A stretch of DNA of 64,000 nucleotides, from positions 74,028,001 to 74,092,000 of the forward strand of contig OX597830.1 of NCBI GenBank assembly GCA_951406725.2, in the 5' to 3' direction. The notes beneath the pieces are model-generated. The model was not told the origin of the DNA. It did no database searches and worked only from the letters and a program-made list of their open reading frames with translations. Within the stretch, counting starts at the first letter, position 1; every line of letters starts with the position of its first letter. Below, in pieces: positions 1 through 17,045 of the stretch. The translations under genes were made by a program, and so were the position numbers. The DNA comes from Octopus vulgaris. Its lineage: Eukaryota.

Positions 1-194
1 CATCTTGAAAAGAGACAGACATATTGGAAAATACAGCCCCTGTTACACAGCGTCTGGACATTTCCTTTGATCACACGAGTAAAATGCTTTGATCACAGAT
101 CGGATCTCTTTGATCATAGTTCTGATCGATGAGTGCTGATTTGATGCTAAACAGCAACAACTACAATACGCACGCACACACACAAACACACACA

Positions 195-233
<39 letters not shown>

Positions 234-688
234 ACACACATACACATGCAATATAAGCTTATGAGTAGTGAATTATTTATATATAAACAACCAAATAACT
301 ATTGATTTATATCAAAGTCACTGGAGATCGAATTGTAAGAATAGGGTTAGTTCATTGAAATCGACCCCAATTTTGGAATAGTGTTTTATGATATTGACCC
401 AGGAGGGGTGAAAATCAAAGCTGACCTTGGTGAGTTCCGAAATCAGAACTCATATAATAAATATGGATTTTATTGACACTATAAATTATGATGAAAATAT
501 AAATATCGAGTGAGCACTCCCTCTCTCTCTCTCTCTATCCCTCTCTCTCTCTCTATCCCTCTTTCTCTTTCTCTCTCTCTTTCTCACTCTTTCTGTCCTC
601 CTGGGGAAAATTTCGAATTAATTTTCTTGCTGATGCACTGATGCAGACATCTGGATACTTATTTATATATACCTATATATACACGTTT

Positions 689-753
<65 letters not shown>

Positions 754-790
754 TATATAATATAAATAATATAATATATACATATATACA

Positions 791-893
<103 letters not shown>

Positions 894-908
894 GTATACA
901 CACATACA

Positions 909-1118
909 CGAGGACGAGCTGAAAAGTTCCTGGCTTTGGATAATAGATAATACGGGTGGATCAGATCCTTTTCAATATATTCCCTTCTCAGAATTACACA
1001 TTTATTGCAGCGGTCCTTCAGTTTTTACTAGGCCCTGTAAAAGAACTCGGTAAGTTGGGCATCTACCCAGGCCTTTCGCGATAACCTTCAAGTCAGGGAC
1101 TTTTCAGCACCGACCCTC
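909..1118. mobile_element. Mariner/Tc1-type MITE (~210 bp)
   Basis: Imperfect terminal inverted repeats GAGGACGAGCTGAAAAGTTCCTGGCTT ... AAGTCAGGGACTTTTCAGCACCGACCCTC, no coding capacity. The TIR resembles mariner-type (TA)CGAGGG..GCTGAAAAGT ends. Confidence 0.7.
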
Positions 1119-1514
1119 TCCTGTGTATACATACCTACATACATACATGGATAAAGACAGACAGGCAGACAGACAGACAGACAGAAAGACAGATATAGAT
1201 AAATATATAGATTGATATAGATATGAACCGACGCCAGTACTCATTATCTAAACCTAGTACTAATGCTACCGACCTGATTCGTTGCAGCACTAGGTTATGG
1301 GGACATACCAGCACCGGTTGTCAAGGAGGACAAACAAAGACACACATGCGCGCGTACGCTCAAACAGACACACACTCATATGTGTGTGTGATATACTTCA
1401 GTAAGTATCCGTACCAAATCCAGAACCATCTTACTACAACACCACGCCAGCGCATATGATATTAATATATATAATATATTAATATATATATATATATATA
1501 CATACATACATATA

Positions 1515-1575
<61 letters not shown>

Positions 1576-1582
1576 TATATAC

Positions 1583-1650
<68 letters not shown>

Positions 1651-1813
1651 GTACACATATATATATATACATGCAGATAGTATATATAAATATATATTCT
1701 TACATTCTGTAATTTTATAAGTTTCAGTCCTAATGCTGCTGCTATGTTAGGGCACTGCCAGTGTGTGCGTGTGTGTGTGTGTGGGGGGCGTATGTGTGTG
1801 TAACTAGTGAAGA

Positions 1814-2025
1814 ACAAGTGTCAATCCATTACGGCCGTTTCTAACGACTCCCTTGATTGATTAATCCTGACGTTATGTCAATTCGAAAGAGACTGTTTCC
1901 TATAGATGGATATTTTACAATGAAAATATTCAAAATATTTTAACATTGTTTCAAAGTTTTAAAAAAGTTCAGTTGACAGAATATTCATTAATCAATTAAA
2001 GGTGCCGTAATGGATTGACACCTGT
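1814..2025. mobile_element. MITE-like element with 18-bp perfect TIR
   Basis: GTGTCAATCCATTACGGC (1818-1835) and GCCGTAATGGATTGACAC (2004-2021) are exact reverse complements. A related left end recurs at ~26813-26860. Confidence 0.7.
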
Positions 2026-2280
2026 CTTTCATTTGTTATTCATTTATATGGCATTCACCTTCCTCGAAGTTTACTACGGACTGTGCATTTAATAAAGTGT
2101 ACATGTCTGAATAACGCAATAGTGGATTGTAGACACAGATGATTCTAATTTCTGCAAGTACAACAAGAATATCATTCTGCCAGTAATTATATATATCAAG
2201 GTGCATATTTGCAAATTATTGTTTTGTGTGTATATATTCCGACTCAACAAGGTGCACCAACTTAAGTAAAACTGATTACT

Positions 2281-2342
2281 ACTTACATACATACATATAT
2301 ACATACATACATACATACATACATACATACATACATACATAA

Positions 2343-2375
<33 letters not shown>

Positions 2376-2449
2376 GTATATACATACTTACAGGCATACA
2401 TATACACATACATACATACATACATACATACATACATACATACATACAA

Positions 2450-2501
<52 letters not shown>

Positions 2502-2716
2502 ATACATACATACATACATACATACATACATACATACATACATACATACATACATACACACATACATACATATATGTATATACATACGTACAGGCATACA
2601 TATACACATACATACATACATACAAACATACATATATATATATATATATATATGTATGTATATACATACATACATATACATACATACATAAATACATACA
2701 TACATACATACATACA

Positions 2717-2750
<34 letters not shown>

Positions 2751-3251
2751 CCTCCAGGGCTAAGAAAAACATACGCACATACATATATACATACATACAT
2801 ATATATATACGTACATACATACATACATACATACATAATACCTTCGGGGCTAAGAATTACATTTATTTTTATTCGTAATATCCAAGTGACACCGTATATG
2901 TTGTATATAAAACGCTTTTGTCTTGTTTATAAAAATATGAAACTAATACTTCAGTTAAAGAGGCTACCGTACCTCTTTATTCATATTTATGTGTACGCAT
3001 GTATGTTAATGTATGTATGTATGTATGTATGTATGCATGTATGTATGTATGTATGTATGTATGTATGTATGTATGTATGTGTGTGTGTATGTATGTATGT
3101 ATGTATGTATGTATGTATGTATGCATGTATGTATGTATGTATGTATGTATGCATGTATGTATGTATGTATGTATGTATGTATGTGTGTGTGTATGTATGT
3201 ATGTATGTTTGTATGTATGTATATGTTGTATGTCTTTCGTCAATCACTCAA

Positions 3252-3282
<31 letters not shown>

Positions 3283-3372
3283 ATCTAACTATATATACAA
3301 CTGTGTGTATTTATGTGTATATATATTTGTGTGTGTGTGTGTGTGTGTGTATCTATACGTATATATTTATAT

Positions 3373-3405
<33 letters not shown>

Positions 3406-3414
3406 CGACACACA

Positions 3415-3450
<36 letters not shown>
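2281..3450. repeat. Compound (TACA)n / (TGTA)n / (TA)n / (CA)n microsatellite field, representative of >100 such tracts in the window
   Basis: Directly visible simple repeats. They account for the MYVC/HTYI/YI-repeat ORFs. Confidence 0.95.
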
Positions 3451-4052
3451 ACACATGCAAATGTGAGAAAGACTTAATTAAGTCATTAACTTTAATTAGT
3501 AACAGTGTATTTTCTAATTTCTACATTCCTATAGTAAAAAGCAGAAAAAAATATATTGTTATACGAAAAGTCAAATATAGCCAAGAGAAAAATACAGGAT
3601 AATATTATTGTACAAACTCCCTTGAATTTAGGGTCTTGTGTCCGACCCGCATTTAAAATAAAGGAACACAAGAAAAAATGTTATTTTGCCAGGCTTCTAA
3701 TTTAATTTCGTATCAATATTCACGCGAGGAAAACATACGAATTCGAATATTTCTGAATAAGCTTCTTCGCCGACATGTTTAATTAACTATTTTCTTCTAA
3801 AAAAAATTGTTCCAGTTAGCATAATAGCAATAAATGATTACAAGAGATTACTAGCATAAATATAGAAATATAAACTGTTTTAGAAAATTCCGGTATTAGT
3901 TGAAGGTTCTTGATTAAATAAATATTAATTAAAAAAATAATATATTTCAGTCGGTATAATGGGATTTATGACAAATATTTTCCGCCTTTCAGAAATTTGG
4001 ACGATTCACCGCATTCAAGGATTACTCACTACATTATATATATATATATGTA

Positions 4053-4095
<43 letters not shown>

Positions 4096-4440
4096 ATATA
4101 TATGTGTGTATTTATATATGTATATATATATACATATATACATGCATGCATATATATATACATATATATGTATATTTATGTATCTATAAATGTGTATGTA
4201 TGTACGTTTGTATGTATAAATGTACGTATGTATGCATGTATACACGTGAACATTTTAAACAACTATTTCTTCAAAATCATCCCTATAACTTAATTGTATA
4301 CGTATATACATTTATATAAACATGTATACGTTTATGTATGTATTTAAATATACATACATGTGTGTGTGTGTTTGTATAAATACACATATATACACATATA
4401 TGTGGATTTATAAATAATGACATGTAATATATATATATAA

Positions 4441-4487
<47 letters not shown>

Positions 4488-4573
4488 TACTATATGAAAA
4501 AAGGCCATATATATTTATACAGGTATCATATTATATATATTTATATATATATATTATATTATATTATATATAT

Positions 4574-4645
<72 letters not shown>

Positions 4646-4716
4646 TATATGTATATATACATTCTTACATACCTATGTATGCATATTAATATATATGCTT
4701 TTTTATAATATGTATG

Positions 4717-4797
<81 letters not shown>

Positions 4798-4799
<2 letters not shown>

Positions 4800-4958
4800 G
4801 GTCGCGAGGTGGCAGAATCGTTAGCACCCAACGTTCTGCGTTCAAATTTCACCGAGATAGACTTTGCCTTCCTTACATTCAGGGTCGATAAATCAAGTAA
4901 TCGACTAGTGCCCTCCTGCCAAATTTCAGGCCTTTTGCCTATAGTAGAAAGGATAATA
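4798..4958 (+). mobile_element. SINE family A copy (internally deleted)
   Basis: GGCAGAATCGTTAGCAC head, GTTCAAATT B-box-like motif, GACTTTGCCTT..GGGTCGATAAA core and GGCCTT.TGCCTATAGTAGAAAGG tail, all shared with other copies here. Confidence 0.8.
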
Positions 4959-5007
4959 TCTGTATACATAAACGTACATTTATATATATGTATATCTGTA
5001 TACACTT

Positions 5008-5045
<38 letters not shown>

Positions 5046-5439
5046 TCCACACATATACCCGCATATATAAATGGACATATATGCAGATGCATATGTCTAT
5101 TTATATGTGCATTTATTTATATGCATTCATTGCATATGTTTCTCTCTTTCATCTAAGACATCCTGTTACGTTTAATTAAAAAACAAAACAAAGACAATAC
5201 TTCTCACAAGAACTGTGTAAGACATTTTTCTCACCACAATACAGAGGCACCCGGGCGCATATGCACATGTTTGCAATTATACACATCCGAGCAGTAACGA
5301 AGGCTAGACATTTCTTCTCATGTATGTATGTATGTTTCTATCCATATTTCGTACACATAATTATATGATTAAACGAAACACACTGACAGGCATGTACACA
5401 TATTAACATATATATTCACATATGCATTCATATACCTGT

Positions 5440-5487
<48 letters not shown>

Positions 5488-5521
5488 CTCGCACACATAT
5501 TTTATATAATTTATTCATATT

Positions 5522-5601
<80 letters not shown>

Positions 5602-5667
5602 CATATATACATGTATGCACACGCATATTTATTTACATTATTATATACGTGTAGTTCTTTTATGTGT

Positions 5668-5722
<55 letters not shown>

Positions 5723-5725
5723 CAA

Positions 5726-5763
<38 letters not shown>

Positions 5764-6406
5764 CACATACATACATTCATATACACACGTACATACACAC
5801 ATAGAAACATATATATATATATATATATATATGTATATGCATATATTTATATATACACCCATTGTCATGTATATACGTATATATATTCATTTTTCTTTTT
5901 TCTTTTTTTTTCTTTTTTTGATGTTTTGTGTTCGGCTATGTTCAAATTTGATCTTTATAATAAGGAACATTTGTATTTTCTTATGAAAAATCATTACAGA
6001 AGAATTATTTTTTATAATAATTACGTTGAAACATCACTTTTGTAAGGAAGCCATTTTCTACTCTAAAAGTACATTTCGAAACATACATTAAGAAATGGTT
6101 TCAGCGAAACGAAATAGATTAAGACAGCCCAGAGAATTAAGGAAATATGAAAAGTCCCCGTTCTTCACATGTACGTAACGATTTTAGTTGAACAATAGTC
6201 ATGAGCATAAGATAAACACGCGCATGTGTCTGTGAGATCGCATATACGCGTGTGTGCTTGCGGATACTTATATACTTTTAAAATGCTTTGTATGCCTTAT
6301 AAATTTATGTAATTCATTGAGGACTATATCAAGAATAAAATATTATAACTTACATACATGTAAATATATTTATTTAAATATACATGTTTGTGTGTACACA
6401 TGTATT

Positions 6407-6474
<68 letters not shown>

Positions 6475-6610
6475 TTGAAAACCCCACTAGAATGGTAGAA
6501 AGCGCTAATATATGATATATGATCTAAGTTATATGATGTATAGAAACATGTAATATACAAATAAATATATGTAAATGTAAAACAATCCGAATTTCTGAGT
6601 ACCTCATTTC

Positions 6611-6676
<66 letters not shown>

Positions 6677-6944
6677 CACACATAATCAGAGACAGCCACA
6701 TATGCTCTGAGAATGCACATTCTGCTGTATAATACATTGGTGAAACAATAATATTTATTATGCTTCTATTTATTATGCATGTATTTGCGTTTGTGTGTAT
6801 GTGTACCCATACGCGCGCATTCTCAAAGGCACGTGACAGAATATTATCTGTATATATATCCCTTAAAATAGGTATATAGGTAGAAATTAGGTATATAGGT
6901 AGAAAGACAGGTAGACGGACGAACGGAAGGACAGACAAAATGAC

Positions 6945-7224
<280 letters not shown>

Positions 7225-7820
7225 CTGCAATTTCGTAATGGAATTATCGATATAATGTTTTAACAAACGAATGTGATAGCGAACGAAAACAGCTTACACA
7301 GTTATAAACATCATTGTATACAACCTGATAGTGGGAAAGATTTTCACATCAGCCCGTATTTCCCATCATACATTTCTTCACGGCACAGTCACGGCGACTT
7401 CACAGCAAAGCTAGTTGTTTCTTTCAATCGCCGACAGATGGCATTATCGTTTTCACTATTTTTCCGGTGTAAGCTGAAACCGAAGACACTAAATTAGAAA
7501 CCACATTTTCTGTTGATATATTTTTGTCGCGAAGTTCATTGCTGTTTTATTGTATGTTTTTTTTTCATTGAAGTCGTTACTATTCATCGTGTTATTATTG
7601 TTGTTGGTCTACTTGTTTCTTATTTATTGTAATTGTAATTGTTGTTATTGCTGTTTTTTTCTATTGTTTGCTTTCAATTTAAATATAAATGATAATAGTA
7701 ATTAGCAACGTAATACTTCTCCTAATTATGCACGTGAAAGATAACGTTTTACGCGCATACTGGCTCAAACAACATAAATGCTGACACAGCCACTCCACAT
7801 AACTCAATACAACACATGTG

Positions 7821-7860
<40 letters not shown>

Positions 7861-7926
7861 TAGCTGTCAAGAAGTATTTAAATATTATTTATGCATATTG
7901 TTATGTGCGTATGTATTTTATGTATA

Positions 7927-7973
<47 letters not shown>

Positions 7974-8181
7974 TTCAATTCAATTTTTATTGGCTCAAAA
8001 AGCAAAAGCAAGGCCATGTAGGGGGACAGGCAGTTATGTACAGGGAGGGTGGTCATACAAAGAGTTCAGGCCATTTCTGGTCAAGAAGAACTTTGAACCG
8101 AGCGGTCGTCGGCATCTTCACTATCTCGTCCGGCAGCTTATTCCACGGATCCGCAACCCGGACGGAGAAAGCCCCTCTCCT
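7974..8181 (-). mobile_element. 5'-truncated CR1/L2-clade LINE 3' end
   Basis: Minus-strand translation RRGAFSVRVADPWNKLPDEIVKMPTTARFKVLLDQKWPELFV matches the FSxRVxxxWNxLP C-terminal motif of CR1/L2 ORF2. It has a short (ATTGA)n tail and a near-identical copy at 48320-48534. Confidence 0.85.
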
Positions 8182-8686
8182 ATATATATATATATATATA
8201 TACATGCATACATACAAACGTACATATATACATACATACATTCATACACGCGTTTACATGTGTGAGACAGACAGAGGGACAGGTAAATCGATATATAGTT
8301 AACTATTATCATCGCCCAAAATATGTGTAAGCTCTTTTCCTGTCTCTAGGATGTATCCACTGATTTACTATATAGAAATATACCAAAATAGTTATAGTTA
8401 ATATAAGCATGCAGCGGAAATGAATTTAATCCTAAGGGTCTTGAAATTATCTCCCCTACTATAAGTATTCTTATATCTACATCTTAGATTTAGTTTACTG
8501 TCTTAGATTCAAAAGAAAATTTAAATAAATTATATATTCGTTGTCAGTGGTATATACTATACCATTGTTTACCTTATGCAATAATACAAACTTATACAAA
8601 TGCATGTGTAAATGTGTGTATGTATGGTGTTGTTATTGGAGTTGGGTATTGAAATATTACCATCAAATGCTTCATATTTTGAGATG

Positions 8687-8762
8687 CTTTAACTGATAAA
8701 GGTCTTACGTAATGTGCATTTCGTACAATATACTTCGCTGACCTGAAACGCGCATGTTAAAG
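8687..8762 (+). ncRNA. Degenerate hammerhead-like motif (Penelope-type terminus remnant)
   Basis: Stem I CTTTAA/TTAAAG, core CTGATAA (G8 lost), stem II AGGTC/GACCT, then GAAACGCG. The cleavage triplet has decayed. Confidence 0.4.
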
Positions 8763-8994
8763 AATTTCAAATTATTAATGATTAGGTAGACTTCATTATT
8801 ATAACTTATTTAATATACTTACAATAAATATACAGAAAAAATACATACAAACGTACACACACACACATGTATATTTCTATATATACATACACACATCAGA
8901 CAAACACACACTAACACACTTGCACATGCACACCCACCCACACCCACATACACATATACACACACACACGCACAACAAGAGAATATATATACAT

Positions 8995-9050
<56 letters not shown>

Positions 9051-9240
9051 CTTTGAATAGTTGGCTCTACCTACTTCACTACTTATGAATCAGTGAGGAT
9101 TTCTGATTTCTGATACATAATTAAGATATATTCTTTAATTCGCTTCAGCTATAAGGTTTTGACCACGCTGGAGTAACGTCAGGATCATCACCGTTTTTTT
9201 AAATGTCCATTATCATTTGACTTGGTGAGAGGTAATTTTA

Positions 9241-9380
9241 TTATTTTTTTTGTACTCTAGGCACATGGCCCGAAGTTTTGTGAGAGGGAGCCAGTCGATT
9301 GGATCGACCCCAGTATGCAACTGACACTTTATTTATCAACACCGAATGGATGAAATTCAAAGCCAGCCTCGACGGAATTA
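9241..9380 (-). mobile_element. SINE family A 3' part
   Basis: Reverse complement of the family A core and tail (ATCGACCCCAGT...TTTATC...GGATGAAA). Confidence 0.7.
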
Positions 9381-9684
9381 GAGGCTGATTTGATATTGCG
9401 TTCCCGCTTTTGAGTTCCTTACCATGATGTAGGTTCGTCTGGGATTTTAGAAGGCAGAAGGTCAAATTGCAGAGGAAAACACCCCACCCACCCACTTCGG
9501 GGTATTTTAATTAGATAAGAGCCTTTGAATATAAAACTGCAGCGGTATGTGTGTTTAGGGTCATGTAAAAATATATATGTGTGTGTGTGTGTGTTTATAC
9601 AGACATATATAGATATATATAAATACACGTACATAAACAAACATATATACTTATATATACATATATAATTATATATATATATAC

Positions 9685-9764
<80 letters not shown>

Positions 9765-10231
9765 ATATGTATGTATGCATTTATGTATATATACACACAC
9801 ACATTTATATATATAAAACAATGAAGATAGCTAGACAAAATATAGTTTACCGATATATATTATATACAGAATGTGTGTGTGTGTACGCGCGCGGGCGTGT
9901 GTAACAGAGGTGCTGAGATGTAGGAAGAAAGGATAAGAAATGTGGGTGTATACATGTAAATAAAAATAAAAATTGATGTCAAACTACACGAATATTTACC
10001 ACCAGATACCTGAAAATTTAGAATTTCTGAAGATATATCTAACCAAAGAAGGAAATATATATGGAAAGATATTATAATTGTTGGAGCGTCATTGTTGTGC
10101 CTAGCAACATTCAAAGACCCCCACAAAATTGTGGAAAAGTATCTCTTTTTAAATAGAAGAAATCTTCATATAAAAATAGATATTGAGACATAGATGCAGA
10201 TGCAGATGCACCTATACACAGGCACACACAC

Positions 10232-10315
<84 letters not shown>

Positions 10316-10543
10316 ATATACATGTGTGTGTATTTTTACATATATTATTCTTGAGGCTGCGGCCATGCTTTCATATATATGTGTGCTTATATGTGTGTTC
10401 CCATATACATACATATCTCAGTTATTTATATGCACATTGATATAAATAAATATTTTATCTATATACACATATGTATATATTTATCTATCTATCCATCACT
10501 CTCTCTCTCTAGATATATCTATCTATCTATCTCTCTATCTATC

Positions 10544-10580
<37 letters not shown>

Positions 10581-11150
10581 TTGTGTGTGTGTATAAATAT
10601 AATATATAGCTGTGTGTGCGTGTGTGTGTGTGCTTGCGTGTGTGTGTGTGTGCTTGCGTGTGTGTGTGCAAATAGTAATGTAGATCTCGTGTGCAAAACA
10701 TACAAACACACGCTCACACACGCTCATGCAGAAACAAGCACAAATCAATACTCATCAAGCAAAAATACAAAATATCTACAACCACCGCCACCACCACCAC
10801 CACCACCACTACTACAATAACAATAACAACAACATCAAGAACAACAACCAAAAAACAACACCTACAACAACGACTATATAAATATAGAAATAACAATGTA
10901 GAAACCTAAATAGATAATTTGCTTGCCATCTAGCCTCTCCTCCATCATACTTCAGCTAATATGAATCAGAGATCGATCCCCAATCGATGACCGGTCCACT
11001 GGTTAACAGGATGTAGGTTAGCGCACCAGTGATTGCGCTCCATCCTTTCATTGTGCTGTATTCACACGGTAATTGTATTTATCTCTCTAACACTGTCTTG
11101 CCAATATATGATATATACAATGCCTATACGTATACATATGTATACATATA

Positions 11151-11189
<39 letters not shown>

Positions 11190-11213
11190 CATATATATAT
11201 ATATGTAAATATA

Positions 11214-11245
<32 letters not shown>

Positions 11246-11546
11246 CATATACATATACATATATATGTAAATATAAATAAATATATATATATATATATGT
11301 ATATACATATATACACGTCTATGTATATATGTATATATATATATGTGTGTGTATATATATATATACATATATCGTTATCTTCAAATACATATATATATAT
11401 TTATATTGACGTATATATTTATATGTATATATATATTCTATGTATATATGTATATATATATATGTGTGTGTATATATATATATATACATTTAAATATATA
11501 CATATATTTAGAAAATGTACATATGTACATATATACATATACATTC

Positions 11547-11663
<117 letters not shown>

Positions 11664-11785
11664 GTATACAATCATAAGTATGTTTTATATATGTGTGCCT
11701 CTGTGTGTGTACATATATCATATATTTAAGTTTTTAAGTCCCTATGTATGAACAAAATGATATAAATATATATATGCATATATTT

Positions 11786-11849
<64 letters not shown>

Positions 11850-11980
11850 CTGAGTGTTTGTATAGTTATCTACGAACATGTTAATATATATATATATATA
11901 AATATAAATACATGCATATTATATATATATCAGTAGTATATATATATATATGTGTGTCTGTGTGTATAGATATATCTATC

Positions 11981-12047
<67 letters not shown>

Positions 12048-12458
12048 ATATATATATATATATATATATCAAGCAATCAATATCAAGAAGCATTTCTCTG
12101 CATATATCTACACATACATCAGTATGTGCCCTCTGAAGACAAACACACGAGTGCACACGCACTCGCACAAGCATTCTCGCAATTAATTCTCCTACAGTCA
12201 CAAACGTTTCACAGATTCATAATAATTCAACGCACACACACACACACACACACACGAACACAAACATAAATAGAAATAGGTACTATGATGCAGTTGAGGT
12301 GTGTTGTTAGGAAGTTCTCGGCGCAACCGCTTGGTTTAGGCTTCGTTCAAGTAAAGCAAACCCTTGGGTAAATGTCTTCTACTAAATATTCGCGTTCACT
12401 ACATTGTGAGGGTAATTGAATTTCCTGTGTAGAAACCCTGGCATATAAATGCATACGT

Positions 12459-12496
<38 letters not shown>

Positions 12497-12533
12497 TACA
12501 TATATATATATAATATATATATACATATAATCA

Positions 12534-12649
<116 letters not shown>

Positions 12650-12774
12650 ATAGATAGATAGATAGATATATAGATAGATAGACAGACAGATAGACAGACA
12701 GTCAGATGAATACACACACATACACACACACTCATATATGTATATGTACATATATAAATATTTATATATATATA

Positions 12775-12885
<111 letters not shown>

Positions 12886-13030
12886 GATTTGTATATGTGG
12901 ATTCAGAAAATCGTATTGCTATAACAAAAAGCTCCTCTTAGGGCTTCGGTTATCAGTCCATATAGAAATCAATTCCAAGTGATTGTAAATGAGTGTCCAT
13001 GTGACTGGAAAATCTAAAGAAGTCCGAACG

Positions 13031-13111
13031 ATGAAATTATTTCGTGAGGAGAATATTGAATTGTTTGTGTGGCCATGTTGTTCCGATGAACTGGTGCGTT
13101 AAATTGTGAAT
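13031..13111 (+). pseudogene. Possible decayed Tc1-like transposase fragment
   Basis: Translation MKLFREENIELFVWPCCSDELVR*IVN resembles the Tc1 IxLxxWPxxSPDLNPIEN motif. It is short and contains a stop. Confidence 0.35.
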
Positions 13112-13429
13112 ATACGAATGCGAATAATGGTTAGGGGCATACATATGAATACAAACATGTACGCATAATTTCTTCCATTCTGAAAATAATACTACATCAA
13201 GAAGTTTGCGAGAAGGTGGTAACCCTATGGAAGTCACGTGGCTAAATGAATATATATCGACCTCTTATTGCCCCTCATACATATATACAATACACACATA
13301 CCTACATACATACAATTATAAATACATCCGTACATACATACACACACACACACACAAAAAAACCCATATATGTACGTGAATATAAATATATCTCTATATA
13401 TATTGTTTGTTATGTTTTTGTAACATTTT

Positions 13430-13465
<36 letters not shown>

Positions 13466-14276
13466 CTACTAGCATGCCTATAAAGTATATTTATACATAT
13501 ATATATATGTATGTATGTGTGTATGTGTGTGTGTGTAGGTTTAAGAGACAGAATCACCCTCAAGTAACTCAATCCTCATTAAATGACATTATCCACAATA
13601 TGTACATATAGGACTAAATATTGAAATTATCAAAATTAATACCTACAATTATTATTCCGAATAATCAAATTTAATACCTTCCATTCTTATTACAACTCAT
13701 ATACTTTACATTATCGTGACTACGCGCGGTTCATGACAACATATTCCTCGATATTGCTGAAATAGAATGTCTCTATACAATACGACATTCAAACGGTTTT
13801 TATTGCCAATCTTCAGGTCTATCTTATAGGAACTTATTTTGCTTTATACATCGTATATTAAGAAATGACAAACTAAAATCTTATAAATAGAAGTCGTTGT
13901 AATAATTTTACTTTAGTAAATAATGAACAGAAATGTGGAATAAAAGTAGGGAAAAGAAATGGTAGCCATGTTTAATTCATGGAGAGAAAATTACCAAACA
14001 GATATGTTAACGTTTCTTTTTCACTAACATTTCTTTTTCCTACTTACATATATGGGTATACACCTGCTAGTAAGTTACCTGATATCATCAACAGAATGGA
14101 TATAAGTACCACAGGATTTACTTCAGGAGTTCCTTCGTGTCCGTCGAGTTTATATCAAATGAGAGAAAGTGATAATAGAATTCACGGATTCAACGAATGT
14201 CGTGAATTCAATTTTCTCTTTCTCTCAGCGCCCGCGTCGATTCGATATTCGTTTCGTTTCGTTTCTTCTTCTCTCT

Positions 14277-14362
<86 letters not shown>

Positions 14363-14375
14363 GATAGATAGATAA

Positions 14376-14460
<85 letters not shown>

Positions 14461-15520
14461 AAGATATGCAAAATTTAATGGATAAGGTAAGGTGGATTAA
14501 AATGTAAGAAAGAGTAAAAAAACGTCACGGACGCCATATGCAAAGTGGTTACAAATCAGAATACAGTGTAGAAAATAACTTATAGCTTATAATACGTGTA
14601 CGGAGGTGAATATAAATCATGCATTTATTAAGGTAATATTATCTGTTATAAGGTTGTGTCCTATCAGCAATAAGTATATGCTTAAACTGTATGTTGTTTA
14701 TTTAGAGCGCTTTGGTATGTCGAATGTGACGATGTTATCAAATAAAGATCTCACATATCTTAAAATAACATTACTTTCCACAGGGGTATTTTATATTTAT
14801 AACGTGTGTGCGTCTGTATCTACGTGCGCGTGTGTGTTAGCCACATGTTACTTAGAAGGACGCAACTTTTCGCGTTGAGACGGCATTGTTATTTAGTGTG
14901 AAATGGTGTGAAATGAAATGAAGTATGTGAACACGTAAATATATTAGAATATAAACTAGAATATATATTATTGCAAGTTAACTTTGAGCTTCATTATAAT
15001 AAAATAAAAATAAAGCAAAGACGAGATATTTTAAATATGCTTACATGTTTGAATGAATACATATGCAAAATTGTATAATCTGGTGTGATTGTTATGCATA
15101 AGAATGTGTAATTAAAAGGTAGTAAAGTTGAGTTTATCAACATAAACTTAATGAAGCGTGATTATTTTAATGAGAATATGCTGATTGTAAATTCATTAAT
15201 TAAATACGTATAATACATTAGTGGGGGCATTAAGTTTAATTTTAAGCAATTAAACATAATTATCGGCAAAAATCTAAGATTTCGATTTATGAGTTATTGT
15301 TGGAAGTTTTCTTTTGGTATCCTATTACAATGTAGATAAGCTATGATGATATGGAAGCCAGTTACTATTAGAGGGAATGTGTCTAGATAATGATAACGAA
15401 ATGCAAAAAAAAAGATTTATAAGAAATTTACTAATATACAAGGCAACGCGTGTTCAATAAATTCATATCTAACTTGAAATATAATAAGTTTGAAGTGTTT
15501 TAATATTTTAAATGTTCTAG

Positions 15521-15769
15521 AAGGCAGCGAGCTGGTCGAATCGTTAGCACACCGGGCAAAATGCTTAATGGTATTTCGCCTGCCACTACGTTCTGAGTTC
15601 AAATTCCGCCGAGGTCGACTTTGCCTTTCATCATTTCGGGGTCGATTAAATGAAGCACCAGTTACGCACTGGGGGTCGATCTAATCGAATTAATCCGTTC
15701 GTCTGTTCTTGTTTGTCTCCCCTGTGTTTAGCCCCTTGTGGGTAGTAAAGAAATAGGTATTTCGTCTGC

Positions 15770-15770
<1 letters not shown>
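15521..15770 (+). mobile_element. SINE family A, near full length
   Basis: GGCAGCGAGCTGG..GAATCGTTAGCAC head, GTTCTGAGTTCAAATTCCGCCGAGGTCGACTTTGCCTTTCATC..TTCGGGGTCGAT core, and the long tail ending GGTAGTAAAGAAATAGG. Confidence 0.9.
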
Positions 15771-15855
<85 letters not shown>

Positions 15856-15856
15856 G

Positions 15857-15887
<31 letters not shown>

Positions 15888-15890
15888 ATT

Positions 15891-15936
<46 letters not shown>

Positions 15937-16597
15937 TTATAATGTAGGTAGAGTTATTAGATTCTCCTTTTGAATTTTTGAAGAATCTTTGATAGGAAAC
16001 TTCTTAACTACAACTTTGTGATTCCTATTAGCAAATGGAACACATGTAATGTCGAATAAATAAAACCCAAAAGTTTTCCATCTTCCCATTTTGCTACATG
16101 TGTGTATGTGCATGTGCATGAGTGTGTATCAAGGACACACCCGTAACGCACGCTGTAGTCAGCGAAACTCAAGATGGCATGTATTTAGCCGGGATAAGCA
16201 GTTTTATGTGAACTTGTCAATAGTTGTGTTTATACAGTAATTTTAACTCACTATTGTTTCCTCTTCAACAAAGCATCTAAAGAAACACCGCAACTACCAC
16301 TACCACCAACACCAACACCAACACCAACACCCACATTAGCATCAGTGCCAACACCGCCCACGCTGAACCACCATTCTAACAAGATATAAACGAACACCAA
16401 CCATACAGCAAAATGCCTCAACGACATTTGCCAAATAGTTATTTTTACGTTTTCTATTATCCTCTTGCTGCGTACGTTTCAAGTTATACTTACGCGTACA
16501 TGCACACGATAAAACTCACACAAAGACACACACACATACATGCATAAACATGCATACATTTATATATATTTGTATACATACATACGTACTTACATAC

Positions 16598-16642
<45 letters not shown>

Positions 16643-16709
16643 TATACATATATATACATATATATGTATATATATATGTATATATATATACATATATAGA
16701 TATATATAT

Positions 16710-16748
<39 letters not shown>

Positions 16749-16749
16749 A

Positions 16750-16788
<39 letters not shown>

Positions 16789-16817
16789 CATATATATGAA
16801 TATATATACATAATATG

Positions 16818-16899
<82 letters not shown>

Positions 16900-16985
16900 G
16901 CGGGAATGAGAGGGACCAAAATAAATTGCGATATTACCACACGTATGCACAATTGCATGCACGCTCACATATACATGTATATATA

Positions 16986-17045
<60 letters not shown>

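Noticed and set aside
2089-3466. Long ORFs of 185-317 aa (MYVC/HTYI repeats) and all similar YI/CV/YLSI ORFs
   Set aside because: They are translations of stop-free microsatellites with no protein complexity.
13979-14278. 99-aa non-repetitive ORF and a possible minus-strand splice donor near 14075
   Set aside because: There is no recognisable domain and no supported exon structure.
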